Positions 1 through 15,000 of a stretch of DNA of 64,000 nucleotides are shown in pieces (the first letter of the stretch is position 1; the number at the start of each line of letters is the position of its first letter). The notes under the pieces are model-generated. The model saw only the letters and a program-made list of their open reading frames with translations. It did no database searches and was not told the DNA's origin. A program made the translations under genes and the position numbers. The DNA comes from Eledone cirrhosa (taxonomy: Eukaryota), in contig OZ024762.1 in assembly GCA_964016885.1 (NCBI GenBank), forward strand, positions 28,830,001 through 28,894,000, read 5' to 3'.

Positions 1-3000
1 AAGTGGTGGTGGTTGTGGTGGTGGTGGTGGTGGTGGCAATGATATACCGGAAGTGTTGACATCACACTCTCTCTTTCTATATATATCGTAGTGGAAGTGG
101 TGGTGGTGGTGGTGGTGGTGGTGGCAATGATATACCGGAAGTGTTGACATCACACTCTCTCTCTTTCTATATATATCGTAGTGGAAGTGGTGGTGGTGGT
201 GGTGGTGGTGGTGGCAATGATATACCGGGAGTGTTGACATCACACTCTCTCTTTCTATATATATGGTAGTTGAAGTGGTGGTGGTGGTTGCAATGATATA
301 CCGGAAGTGTATACATCACACTCTCTCTTTCTATATATATGGTAGTTGAAGTGGTGGTGGCGGTGGCAATGATATACCGGAAGTGGTGGTGGTGGGGGAA
401 ATGATATACCGGGAGTGTTGACATCACACTCTCTCTTTCTATATATATGGTAGTTGAAGTGGTAGTGGTGGTGGTGGTGGCAATGATATACCGGGAGTGT
501 TGACATCACACTCTCTCTTTCTATATATATGGTAGTTGAAGTGGTGATGGTAGTGGCAATGATATACCGAAAGTGTTGACATCACACTCTCTCTTTCTAT
601 ATATATGGTAGTTGAAGTGGTGGTGGTGTTGGTGGGGGAAATGATATACCGGGAGTGTTGACATCACACTCTCTCTTTCTATATATATGGTAGTAGAAGT
701 GGTGGTGCTGGTGGTGGTGGTGGTGGTGGCAATGATATACCGGAAGTGTTGACATCACACTCTCTCTCTTTCTATATATATCGTAGTGGAAGTGGTGGTG
801 GTGGTGGTGGTGGTGGTGGTGGTAGCAATGATATACCGGAAGTGTTGACATCAGACACTCTCTTTATATATATATGGTAGTTGAAGTGGTGGTGGTGGTG
901 GTGGCAATGATATACCGGAAGTGTTGACATCACACTCTCTCTTTCTATATATATGGTAGTTGAAGTGGTGGTGGCGGTGGTGGTGGTGGTGGTGGCAATG
1001 ATATACCGGAAATGTTGACATCACACTCTCTCTTTCTATATATATGGTAGTTGAAGTGGTGGTGGCGGTGGTGGTGGTGGTGGTGGCAATGATATACCGG
1101 GAGTGTTGACATCACACTCTCTCTTTCTATATATATGGTAGTTGAAGTGGTAGTGGTGGTGGCAATGCTATACCGGAGGTGTTGACATCACACTCTCTCT
1201 TTCTATATATATGGTAGTTGATGTGGTGGTGGTGGTGGTGGCAATGATATACCGGAAGTGTTGATATCACACTCTCTCTTTCTATATATATGGTAGTTGA
1301 AGTGGTGGTGGTGGTGGTGGTGGTGGTGGTGGCAATGATATACCGGAAGTGTTGACATCACACTCTCTCTCTTTCTATATATATCGTAGTGGAAGTGGTG
1401 GTGGTGGTGGTGGTGGTGGTGGTGGCAATGATATACCGTGAGTGTTGACATCACACTCTCTCTTTCTATATATATGGTAGTAGAAATGGTGGTGGTGGTT
1501 GTGGTGGTGGTGGTGGCAATGATATACCGGAGGTGTTGACATCACACTCTCTCTTTCTATATATATGGTAGTTGAAGTGGTGGTGGTGGTGGCAATGATA
1601 TACCGGGAGTGTTGACATCACACTCTCTCTTTCTATATATATGGTAGTGGAAGTGGTGGTGGTGGTGGTGGTGGTGGTGGTGGTGGTGGCAATGATATAC
1701 CGGAAGTGTATACACCACACTCTCTCTTTCTATATATATGGTAGTGGAAGTGGTGGTGGTGGTGGTGCTGGTGGTGGTGGTGGCAATGATATACCGGAAA
1801 TGTTGACATCACACTCTCTCTTTCTATATATATGGTAGTTGAAGTGGTGGTGGTGGTGGTGGTGATGGTGGTGGCAATGATATACCGGAAATGTATACAC
1901 CACACTCTCTCTTTCTATATACATGGTAGTTGAAGTGGTGGTGGTGGTGGTGGTGGTGGCAATGATATACCGGAGGTGTTGACATCACACTCTCTCTTTC
2001 TATATATATGGTAGTAGAAGTGGTGGTGGTGGTGGTGGGGGAAATGATATACCGGGAGTGTTGACATCACACTCTCTCTTTCTATATATATATGGTAGTA
2101 GAAGTGGTGGTGGTGGTGGTGGCAATGATATACCGGAGGCGTTGACATCACACTCTCTCTTTCTATATATATGGTAGTAGAAGTGGTGGTGGTGGTGGCA
2201 ATGATATACCGGAAGTGTTGATATCACACTCTCTCTTTCTATATATATGGTAGTAGAAGTGGTGGTGGTGGTGGTGGTGGCAATGATATACCGGAGGTGT
2301 TGACATCACACTCTCTCTTTCTATATATATATGGTAGTAGAAGTGGTGGTGGTGGTGGTGGCAATGATATACCGGAGGCGTTGACATCACACTCTCTCTT
2401 TCTATATATATGGTAGTAGAAGTGGTGGTGGTGGTGGTGGTGGCAATGATATACCGGAAGTGTTGACATCACACTCTCTCTTTTTATATATATGGTAGTA
2501 GAAGTGGTGGTGGTGGTGGTGGCAATGATATACCGGAAGTGTTGACATCACACTCTCTCTTTCTATATATATGGTAGTAGAAGTGGTGGTGGTGGTGGTG
2601 GCAATGATATACCGGAAGTGTTGACATCACACTCTCTCTTTCTATATATATGGTAGTTGAAGTGGTGGTGGTGGTGGTGGTGGTGGTGGTGGTGGCAATG
2701 ATATACCGGAAGTGTTGACATCACACTCTCTCTCTTTCTATATATATCGTAGTGGAAGTGGTGGTGGTGGTGGTGGTGGTGGCAATGATATACCGGAAGT
2801 GTATACATCACACTCTCTCTTTCTATATATATGGTAGTTGAAGTGGTGGTGGTGGTGGTGGCAATGATAAACCGGAAGTGTATACACCACACTCTCTCTT
2901 TCTATATATATGGTAGTTGAAGTGGTGGTGGCGGTGGCAATGATATACCGGAAGTGGTGGTGGTGGGGGAAATGATATACCGGGAGTGTTGACATCACAC

Positions 3001-6000
3001 TCTCTCTTTCTATATATATGGTAGTAGAAGTGGTGGTGGTGGTGGTGGCAATGATATACCGGGAGTGTTGACATCACACTCTCTCTTTCTATATATATGG
3101 TAGTTGAAGTGGTGGTGGCGGTGGCAATGATATACCGGAAGTGGTGCTGGTGGGGGAAATGATATACCGGGAGTGTTGACATCACACTCTCTCTTTCTAT
3201 ATATATGGTAGTTGAAGTGTTGGTGGCGGTGGTGGCAATGATATACCGGAAATGTTGACATCACACTCTCTCTTTCTATATATATGGTAGTAGAAGTGGT
3301 GGTGGTGGTGGTGGTGGGGGAAATGATATACCGGGAGTGTTGACATCACACTCTCTCTTTCTATATATATGGTAGTAGAAGTGGTGGTGGTGGTGGTGGC
3401 AATGATATACCGGAAGTGTTGACATCACACACTCTCTTTCTATATATATGGTAGTTGAAGTGGTGGTGGTGGTGGTGGTGGTGGTGGTGGCAATGATATA
3501 CCGGAAGTGTTGACATCACACTCTCTCTTTCTATATATATCGTAGTGGAAGTGGTGGTGGTGGTGGTGGTGGTGGTGGCAATGATATACCGGAAGTGTTG
3601 ACATCACACTCTCTCTCTTTCTATATATATCGTAGTGGAAGTGGTGGTGGTGGTGGTGGTGGTGGTGGCAATGATATACCGGAAGTGTTGACATCACACT
3701 CTCTCTTTCTATATATATGGTAGTTGAAGTGGTGGTGGTGGTTGCAATGATATACCGGAAGTGTATACATCACACTCTCTCTTTCTATATATATGGTAGT
3801 TGAAGTGGTGGTGGCGGTGGCAATGATATACCGGAAGTGGTGGTGGTGGGGGAAATGATATACCGGGAGTGTTGACATCACACTCTCTCTTTCTATATAT
3901 ATGGTAGTTGAAGTGGTGGTGGTGGTGGTGGCAATGATAAACCGGAAGTGTATACACCACACTCTCTCTTTCTATATATATGGTAGTTGAAGTGGTGGTG
4001 GCGGTGGCAATGATATACCGGAAGTGGTGGTGGTGGGGGAAATGATATACCGGGAGTGTTGACATCACACTCGCTCTTTCTATATATATGGTAGTTGAAG
4101 TGGTAGTGGTGGTGGTGGTGGTGGTGGTGGTGGCAATGATATACCGAAAGTGTTGCCATCACACTCTCTCTTTCTATATATATGGTAGTTGAAGTGGTGG
4201 TGGTGGTGGCAATGATATACCGGGAGTGTTGACATCACACTCTCTCTTTCTATATATATGGTAGTTGAAGTGGTGATGGTAGTGGCAATGATATACCGAA
4301 AGTGTTGACATCACACTCTCTCTTTCTATATATATGGTAGTTGAAGTGGTGGTGGTGTTGGTGGGGGAAATGATATACCGGGAGTGTTGACATCACACTC
4401 TCTCTTTCTATATATATGGTAGTAGAAGTGGTGGTGGCAATGATATACCGGAGGCGTTGACATCACACTCTCTCTTTCTATATATATGGTAGTTGAAGTG
4501 GTGGAGGTGGTGGCAATGATATACCGGAAGTGTTGACATCACACTCTCTCTTTCTATATATATGGTAGTTGAAGTGGTGGTGGTGTTGGTGGGGGAAATG
4601 ATATACCGGGAGTGTTGACATCACACTCTCTCTTTCTATATATATGGTAGTAGAAGTGGTGTTGGTGGATGTGGTGGTGGCAATGATATACCGGAGGTGT
4701 TGACATCACACTCTCTCTTTCTATATATATGGTAGTTGAAGTGGTGGTGGTGGTGGCAATGATATACCGGGAGTGTTGACATCACACTCTCTCTTTCTAT
4801 ATATATGGTAGTTGAAGCGGTGGTGGTGGTGGTGGTGGTGGCAATGATATACCGGAGGTGTTGACATCACACTCTCTCTTTCTATATATATGGTAGTTGA
4901 AGTGGTGGTGGTAGTGGCAATGATATACCGGGAGTGTTGACATCACACTCTCTCTTTCTATATATATGGTTGTAGAACTGGTGGTGGTGGTGGTGGCAAT
5001 GATATACCGGAGGTGTTGACATCACACTCTCTCTTTCTATATATATGGTAGTAGACGTGGTGGTGGTGGTGATGGTGGCAATGATATACCGGAGGTGTTG
5101 ACATCACACTCTCTCTTTCTATATATATGGTAGTTGAAGTGGTGGTGGTAGTGGCAATGATATACCGGGAGTGTTGACATCACACTCTCTCTTTCTATAT
5201 ATATGGTTGTAGAACTGGTGGTGGTGGTGGTGGCAATGATATACCGGAGGTGTTGACATCGCACTCTCTGTTTCTATATACATGGTAGTTGAAGTGGTGG
5301 TGGTGGTGGTGGTGGTGGCAATGATATACCGGAGGTGTTGACATCACACTCTCTCTTTCTATATATATGGTAGTAGAAGTTGAAGTGGTGGTGGTGGTGG
5401 CAATGAAATACCGGAGGCGTTGACATCACACTCTCTCTTTCTATATATATATGGTAGTTGAAGTGGTGGTGGTGGTGGCAATGATATACCGGAGGTGTTG
5501 ACATCACACTCTCTCTTTCTATATATATGGTAGTTGAAGTGGTGGTGGTGGTGGCAATGATATACCGGAAGTGTTGACATCACACTCTCGCTTTCTATGT
5601 ATATGGTAGTTGAAGTGGTGGTGGTGGCAATGATATACCGGAAGTGTTGACATCACACTCTCTCTTTCTATATATATGGTAGTTGAAGTGGTGGTGGTGG
5701 TGGTGGTGGTGGTGGTGGCAATGATATACCGGAAGTGTTGACATCACACTCTCTCTCTTTCTATATATATCGTAGTGGAAGTGGTTATGGTGGTGGTGGT
5801 GGTGGTGGCAATGATATACCGTGAGTGTTGACATCACACTCTCTCTTTCTATATATATGGTAGTAGAAGTGGTGGTGGTGGTTGTGGTGGTGGTGGTGGC
5901 AATGATATACCGGAGGTGTTGACATCACACTCTCTCTTTCTATATATATGGTAGTTGAAGTGGTGGTGGTGGTGGCAATGATATACCGGGAGTGTTGACA

Positions 6001-9000
6001 TCACACTCTCTCTTTCTATATATATGGTAGTGGAAGTGGTGGTGGTGGTGGTGGTGGTGGTGGCAATGATATACCGGAAGTGTATACACCACACTCTCTC
6101 TTTCTATATATATGGTAGTTGAAGTGGTGGTGGTGGTGGCAATGATATACCGGGAGTGTTGACATCACACTCTCTCTCTTTCTATATATAAGGTAGTGGA
6201 AGTGGTGGTGGTGGTGGTGCTGGTGGTGGTGGTGGCAATGATATACCGGAAATGTTGACATCACACTCTCTCTTTCTATATATATGGTAGTTGAAGTGGT
6301 GGTGGTGGTGGTGGTGATGGTGGTGGCAATGATATACCGGAAATGTATACACCACACTCTCTCTTTCTATATACATGGTAGTTGAAGTGGTGGTGATGGT
6401 GGTGGTGGTGGCAATGTTATACCGGAGGTGTTGACATCACACTCTCTCTTTCTATATATATATGGTAGTAGAAGTGGTGGTGGTGGTGGTGGTGGCAATG
6501 ATATACCGGAGGCGTTGACATCACACTCTCTCTTTCTATATATATGGTAGTAGAAGTGGTGGTGGTGGTGGCAATGATATACCGGAAGTGTTGATATCAC
6601 ACTCTCTCTTTCTATATATATGGTAGTAGAAGTGGTGGTGGTGGTGGTGGTGGCAATGATATACCGGAGGTGTTGACATCACACTCTCTCTTTCTATATA
6701 TATATGGTAGTAGAAGTGGTGGTGGTGGTGGTGGTGGCAATGATATACCGGAAGTGTTGACATCACACTCTCTCTTTCTATATATATGGTAGTAGAAGTG
6801 GTGGTGGTGGTGGTGGCAATGATATACCGGAAGTGTTGACATCACACTCTCTCTTTCTATATATATGGTAGTTGAAGTGGTGGTGGTGGTGGTGGTGGTG
6901 CTGGTGGTGGTGGTGGCAATGATATACCGGAAGTGTTGACATCACACTCTCTCTCTTTCTATATATATCGTAGTGGAAGTGGTGGTGGTGGTGGTGGTGG
7001 TGGCAATGATATACCGGAAGTGTTGACATCACACTCTCTCTTTCTATATATATGGTAGTTGAAGTGGTGGTGGTGGTTGCAATGATATACCGGAAGTGTA
7101 TACATCACACTCTCTCTTTCTATATATATGGTAGTTGAAGTGGTGGTGGCGGTGGCAATGATATACCGGAAGTGGTGGTGGTGGGGGAAATGATATACCG
7201 GGAGTGTTGACATCACACTCTCTCTTTCTATATATATGGTAGTTGAAGTGGTGGTGGTGGTGGTGGCAATGATAAACCGGAAGTGTATACACCACACTCT
7301 CTCTTTCTATATATATGGTAGTTGAAGTGGTGGTGGCGGTGGCAATGATATACCGGAAGTGGTGGTGGTGGGGGAAATGATATACCGGGAGTGTTGACAT
7401 CACACTCTCTCTTTCTATATATATGGTAGTAGAAGTGGTGGTGGTGGTGGTGGCAATGATATACCGGGAGTGTTGACATCACACTCTCTCTTTCTATATA
7501 TATGGTAGTTGAAGTGGTGGTGGCGGTGGCAATGATATACCGGAAGTGGTGCTGGTGGGGGAAATGATATACCGGGAGTGTTGACATCACACTCTCTCTT
7601 TCTATATATATGGTAGTTGAAGTGTTGATGGCGGTGGTGGCAATGATATACCGGAAATGTTGACATCACACTCTCTCTTTCTATATATATGGTAGTAGAA
7701 GTGGTGGTGGTGGTGGTGGTGGGGGAAATGATATACCGGGAGTGTTGACATCACACTCTCTCTTTCTATATATATGGTAGTAGAAGTGGTGGTGGTGGTG
7801 GTGGCAATGATATACCGGAAGTGTTGACATCACACACTCTCTTTCTATATATATGGTAGTTGAAGTGGTGGTGGTGGTGGTGGTGGTGGTGGTGGCAATG
7901 ATATACCGGAAGTGTTGACATCACACTCTCTCTTTCTATATATATGGTAGTTGAAGTGGTGGTGGTGGTGGTGGTGGTGGTGGTGGCAATGATATACCGG
8001 AAGTGTTGACATCACACTCTCTCTTTCTATATATATGGTAGTTGAAGTGGTGGTGGTTGTGGTGGTGGTGGTGGTGGTGGCAATGATATACCGGAAGTGT
8101 TGACATCACACTCTCTCTTTCTATATATATCGTAGTGGAAGTGGTGGTGGTGGTGGTGGTGGTGGTGGCAATGATATACCGGAAGTGTTGACATCACACT
8201 CTCTCTTTCTATATATATGGTAGTTGAAGTGGTGGTGGTTGTGGTGGTGGTGGTGGTGGTGGCAATGATATACCGGAAGTGTTGACATCACACTCTCTCT
8301 TTCTATATATATCGTAGTGGAAGTGGTGGTGGTGGTGGTGGTGGTGGTGGCAATGATATACCGGAAGTGTTGACATCACACTCTCTCTTTCTATATATAT
8401 GGTAGTTGAAGTGGTGGTGGCGGTGGCAATGATATACCGGAAGTGGTGGTGGTGGGGGAAATGATATACCGGGAGTGTTGACATCACACTCTCTCTTTCT
8501 ATATATATGGTAGTTGAAGTGGTGGTGGTTGTGGTGGTGGTGGTGGTGGTGGCAATGATATACCGGAAGTGTTGACATCACACTCTCTCTTTCTATATAT
8601 ATCGTAGTGGAAGTGGTGGTGGTGGTGGTGGTGGTGGTGGCAATGATATACCGGAAGTGTTGACATCACACTCTCTCTTTCTATATATATGGTAGTTGAA
8701 GTGGTGGTGGCGGTGGCAATGATATACCGGAAGTGGTGGTGGTGGGGGAAATGATATACCGGGAGTGTTGACATCACACTCTCTCTTTCTATATATATGG
8801 TAGTTGAAGTGGTAGTGGTGGTGGTGGTGGTGGTGGCAATGATATACCGGGAGTGTTGACATCACACTCTCTCTTTCTATATATATGGTAGTTGAAGTGG
8901 TGATGGTAGTGGCAATGATATACCGAAAGTGTTGACATCACACTCTCTCTTTCTATATATATGGTAGTTGAAGTGGTGGTGGTGTTGGTGGGGGAAATGA

Positions 9001-12000
9001 TATACCGGGAGTGTTGACATCACACTCTTTCTTTCTATATATATGGTAGTAGAAGTGGTGGTGGCAATGATATACCGGAGGCGTTGACATCACACTCTCT
9101 CTTTCTATATATATGGTAGTTGAAGTGGTGGTGGTGGTGGCAATGATATACCGGAAGTGTTGACATCACACTCTCTCTTTCTATATATATGGTAGTTGAA
9201 GTGGTGGTGGTGTTGGTGGGGGAAATGATATACCGGGAGTGTTGACATCACACTCTCTCTTTCTATATATATGGTAGTAGAAGTGGTGTTGGTGGATGTG
9301 GTGGTGGCAATGATATACCGGAGGTGTTGACATCACACTCTCTCTTTCTATATATATGGTAGTTGAAGTGGTGATGGTAATGGCAATGATATACCGGAGG
9401 TGTTGACATCACACTCTCTCTTTCTATATATATGGTAGTAGAAGTGGTGGTGGTGGTGGTGGTGGCAATGATATACCGGAGGCGTTGACATCACACTCTC
9501 TCTTTCTATATATATGGTAGTTGAAGTGGTGGTGGTGGTGGCAATGATATACCGGAAGTGTTGACATCACACTCTCTCTTTCTATATATATGGTAGTAGA
9601 AGTGGTGGTGGTGGTGGCAATGATATACCGGAAGTGTTGACATCACACACTCTCTTTCTATATATATGGTAGTTGAAGTGGTGGTGGTGGTGGTGGTGGT
9701 GGTGGTGGTGGCAATGATATACCGGAAGTGTTGACATCAGACACTCTCTTTATATATATATGGTAGTTGAAGTGGTGGTGGTGGTGGTGGCAATGATATA
9801 CCGGAAGTGTTGACATCACACTCTCTCTTTCTATATATATGGTAGTTGAAGTGGTGGTGGCGGTGGTGGTGGTGGTGGTGGCAATGATATACCGGAAATG
9901 TTGACATCACACTCTCTCTTTCTATATATATGGTAGTTGAAGTGGTGGTGGCGGTGGTGGTGGTGGTGGTGGCAATGATATACCGGGAGTGTTGACATCA
10001 CACTCTCTCTTTCTATATATATGGTAGTTGAAGTGGTGGTGGTGGTGGCAATGATATACCGGAAGTGTATACACCACACTCTCTCTTTCTATATATATGG
10101 TAGTTGAAGTGGTGGTGGTGGTGGTTGTGGTGGTGGTGGCAATGATATACCGGAAGTGTTGACATCACACTCTCTCTTTCTATATATATGGTAGTTGAAG
10201 TGGTGGTGGTGGTGGTGGTGGTGGTGGTGGCAATGATATACCGGAAGTGTTGACATCACACTCTCTCTTTCTATATATATCGTAGTGGAAGTGGTGGTGG
10301 TGGTGGTGGTGGTGGTGGCAATGATATACCGGAAGTGTTGACATCACACTCTCTCTTTCTATATATATGGTAGTTGAAGTGGTGGTGGCGGTGGCAATGA
10401 TATACCGGAAGTGGTGGTGGTGGGGGAAATGATATACCGGGAGTGTTGACATCACACTCTCTCTTTCTATATATATGGTAGTTGAAGTGGTGGTGGTGGT
10501 GGTGGCAATGATAAACCGGAAGTGTATACACCACACTCTCTCTTTCTATATATATGGTAGTTGAAGTGGTGGTGGCGGTGGCAATGATATACCGGAAGTT
10601 GTGGTGGTGGGGGAAATGATATACCGGGAGTGTTGACATCACACTCTCTCTTTCTATATATATGGTAGTTGAAGTGGTAGTGGTGGTGGTGGTGGTGGTG
10701 GCAATGATATACCGGGAGTGTTGACATCACACTCTCTCTTTCTATATATATGGTAGTTGAAGTGGTGATGGTAGTGGCAATGATATACCGAAAGTGTTGA
10801 CATCACACTCTCTCTTTCTATATATATGGTAGTTGAAGTGGTGGTGGTGTTGGTGGGGGAAATGATATACCGGGAGTGTTGACATCACACTCTTTCTTTC
10901 TATATATATGGTAGTAGAAGTGGTGGTGGCAATGATATACCGGAGGCGTTGATATCACACTCTCTCTTTCTATATATATGGTAGTTGAAGTGGTGGTGGT
11001 GGTGGCAATGATATACCGGAAGTGTTGACATCACACTCTCTCTTTCTATATATATGGTAGTTGAAGTGGTGGTGGTGTTGGTGGGGGAAATGATATACCG
11101 GGAGTGTTGACATCACACTCTCTCTTTCTATATATATGGTAGTAGAAGTGGTGTTGGTGGATGTGGTGGTGGCAATGATATACCGGAGGTGTTGACATCA
11201 CACTCTCTCTTTCTATATATATGGTAGTTGAAGTGGTGGTGGTGGTGGCAATGATATACCGGGAGTGTTGACATCACACTCTCTTTTTCTATATATATGG
11301 TAGTTGAAGTGGTGATGGTAATGGCAATGATATACCGGAGGTGTTGACATCACACTCTCTCTTTCTATATATATGGTAGTAGAAGTGGTGGTGGTGGTGG
11401 TGGTGGCAATGATATACCGGAGGCGTTGACATCACACTCTCTCTTTCTATATATATGGTAGTTGAAGTGGTGGTGGTGGTGGCAATGATATACCGGAAGT
11501 GTTGACATCACACTCTCTCTTTCTATATATATGGTAGTAGAAGTGGTGGTGGTGGTGGCAATGATATACCGGAAGTGTTGACATCACACACTCTCTTTCT
11601 ATATATATGGTAGTTGAAGTGGTGGTGGTGGTGGTGGTGGTGGTGGTGGTGGCAATGATATACCGGAAGTGTTGACATCAGACACTCTCTTTATATATAT
11701 ATGGTAGTTGAAGTGGTGGTGGTGGTGGTGGCAATGATATACCGGAAGTGTTGACATCACACTCTCTCTTTCTATATATATGGTAGTTGAAGTGGTGGTG
11801 GCGGTGGTGGTGGTGGTGGTGGCAATGATATACCGGAAATGTTGACATCACACTCTCTCTTTCTATATATATGGTAGTTGAAGTGGTGGTGGCGGTGGTG
11901 GTGGTGGTGGTGGCAATGATATACCGGGAGTGTTGACATCACACTCTCTCTTTCTATATATATGGTAGTTGAAGTGGTGGTGGTGGTGGCAATGATATAC

Positions 12001-15000
12001 CGGAAGTGTATACACCACACTCTCTCTTTCTATATATATGGTAGTTGAAGTGGTGGTGGTGGTGGTTGTGGTGGTGGTGGCAATGATATACCGGAAGTGT
12101 TGACATCACACTCTCTCTTTCTATATATATGGTAGTTGAAGTGGTGGTGGTGGTGGTGGTGGTGGTGGTGGCAATGATATACCGGAAGTGTTGACATCAC
12201 ACTCTCTCTCTTTCTATATATATCGTAGTGGAAGTGGTGGTGGTGGTGGTGGTGGTGGTGGTGGTGGCAATGATATACCGGAAGTGTTGACATCACACTC
12301 TCTCTTTCTATATATATGGTAGTTGAAGTGGTGGTGGCGGTGGTGGTGGTGGTGGTGGCAATGATATACCGGGAGTGTTGACATCACACTCTCTCTTTCT
12401 ATATATATGGTAGTTGAAGTGGTGGTGGTGGTGGTGGTGGTGGCAATGATATACCGGAGGTGTTGATATCACACTCTCTCTTTCTATATATATGGTAGTT
12501 GAAGTGGTGGTGGTGGTGGTGGTGGCAATGATATACCGGAGGTGTTGACATCACACTCTCTCTTTCTATATATATGGTAGTAGAAGTGGTGGTGGTGGTG
12601 GTGGTGGTGGTGGGGGGGGGGGGAAATGATATACTGGAAGTGTTGACATCACACTCTCTCTTTCTATATATATGGTAGTAGAAGTGGTGGTGGTGGTGGT
12701 GGCAATGATATACCGGAAGTGTTGACATCACACTCTCTCTTTCTATATATATGGTAGTAGAAGTGGTGGTGGTGGTGCTGGTGGCAAATATATACCGTGA
12801 GTGTTGACATCACACTCTCTCTTTCTATATATATGGTAGTAGAAGTGGTGGTGGTGGTTGTGAAGGTGGTGGTGGTGGCAATGATATACCGGAAGTGTTG
12901 ATATCACACTCTCTCTTTCTATATATATGGTAGTTGAAGTGGTGGTGGTGGTGGCAATGATATACCGGAAGTGTATACACCACGCTCTCTCTTTCTATAT
13001 ATATGGTAGTTGAAGTGGTGGTGGTGGTGGCAATGATATACCGGAAGTGTATACACCACACTCTCTCTTTCTATATATATGGTAGTTGAAGTGGTGGTGG
13101 TGGTGGCAATGATATACCGGAAGTGTATACACCACACTCTCTCTTTCTATATATATGGTAGTAGAAGTGGTGGTGGTGGTGGCAATGATATACCGGAAGT
13201 GTATACATCACACTCTCTCTTTCTATATATATGGTAGTTGAAGTGGTGGTGGCGGTGGCAATGATATACCGGAAGTGGTGGTGGTGGGGGAAATGATATA
13301 CCGGGAGTGTTGACATCACACTCTCTCTTTCTATATATATGGAAGTTGAAGTGGTGGTGGTGGTGGAGGCAATGATATACCGGAAATGTATACACCACAC
13401 TCTCTCTTTCTATATATATGGTAGTTGAAGTGGTGGTGGTGGTGGTGACAATGATATACCGGAAGTGTTGACATCACACTCTCTCTTTCTATATATATGG
13501 TAGTTGAAGTGGTGGTGGTGGTGGTGGGGGAAATGATATACCGGGAGTGTTGACATCACACTCTCTCTTTCTATATATATGGTAGTAGAAGTGGTGGTGG
13601 TGGTGGTGGTGGCAATGATATACCGGAGGTGTTGACATCACACTCTCTCTTTCTATATATATGGTAGTAGAAGTGGTGGTGGTGGTGGTGGGGGAAATGA
13701 TATACCGGGAGTGTTGACATCACACTCTCTCTTTCTATATATATGGTAGTAGAAGTGGTGGTGGTGGTGGTGGTGGCAATGATATACCGGAGGTGTTGAC
13801 ATCACACTCTCTCTTTCTATATATATGGTAGTAGAAGTGGTGGTGGTGGTGGTGGCAATGAAATACCGGAGGCGTTGACATCACACTCTCTCTTTCTATA
13901 GGTATGGTAGTTGAAGTGGTGGTGGTGGTGGTGACAATGATATACCGGAAGTGTTGACATCACACTCTCTCTTTCTATATATATGGTAGTAGAAGTGGTG
14001 GTGGTGGTTGTGGCAATGATATACCGGAAGTGTATACACCACACTCTCTCTTTCTATATATATGGTAGTTGAAGTGGTGGTGGTGGTGGTGGTGGTTGCA
14101 ATGATATACCGAAAGTGTTGCCATCACACTCTCTCTTTCTATATATATGGTAGTTGAAGTGGTGGTGGTGGTGGTGGTGGTGGTGGTGGTGGCAATGATA
14201 TACCGAAAGTGTTGACATCACACTCTCTCTTTCTATATATATGGTAGTTGAAGTGGTGGTGGCAATGATATACCGGAAGTGTTGACATCACACTCTCTCT
14301 TTCTATATATATGGTAGTTGAAGTGGTGGTGGTGTTGGTGGGGGAAATGATATACCGGGAGTGTTGACATCACACTCTCTCTTTCTATATATATGGTAGT
14401 AGAAGTGGTGTTGGTGGATGTGGTGGTGGCAATGATATACCGGAGGTGTTGACATCACACTCTCTCTTTCTATATATATGGTAGTTGAAGTGGTGGTGGT
14501 GGTGGCAATGATATACCGGGAGTGTTGACATCACACTCTCTTTTTCTATATATATGGTAGTTGAAGTGGTGATGGTAATGGCAATGATATACCGGAGGTG
14601 TTGACATCACACTCTCTCTTTCTATATATATGGTAGTAGAAGTGGTGGTGGTGGTGGTGGTGGCAATGATATACCGGAGGCGTTGACATCACACTCTCTC
14701 TTTCTATATATATGGTAGTTGAAGTGGTGGTGGTGGTGGCAATGATATACCGGAAGTGTTGACATCACACTCTCTCTTTCTATATATATGGTAGTAGAAG
14801 TGGTGGTGGTGGTGGCAATGATATACCGGAAGTGTTGACATCACACACTCTCTTTCTATATATATGGTAGTTGAAGTGGTGGTGGTGGTGGTGGTGGTGG
14901 TGGTGGTGGCAATGATATACCGGAAGTGTTGACATCAGACACTCTCTTTATATATATATGGTAGTTGAAGTGGTGGTGGTGGTGGTGGCAATGATATACC

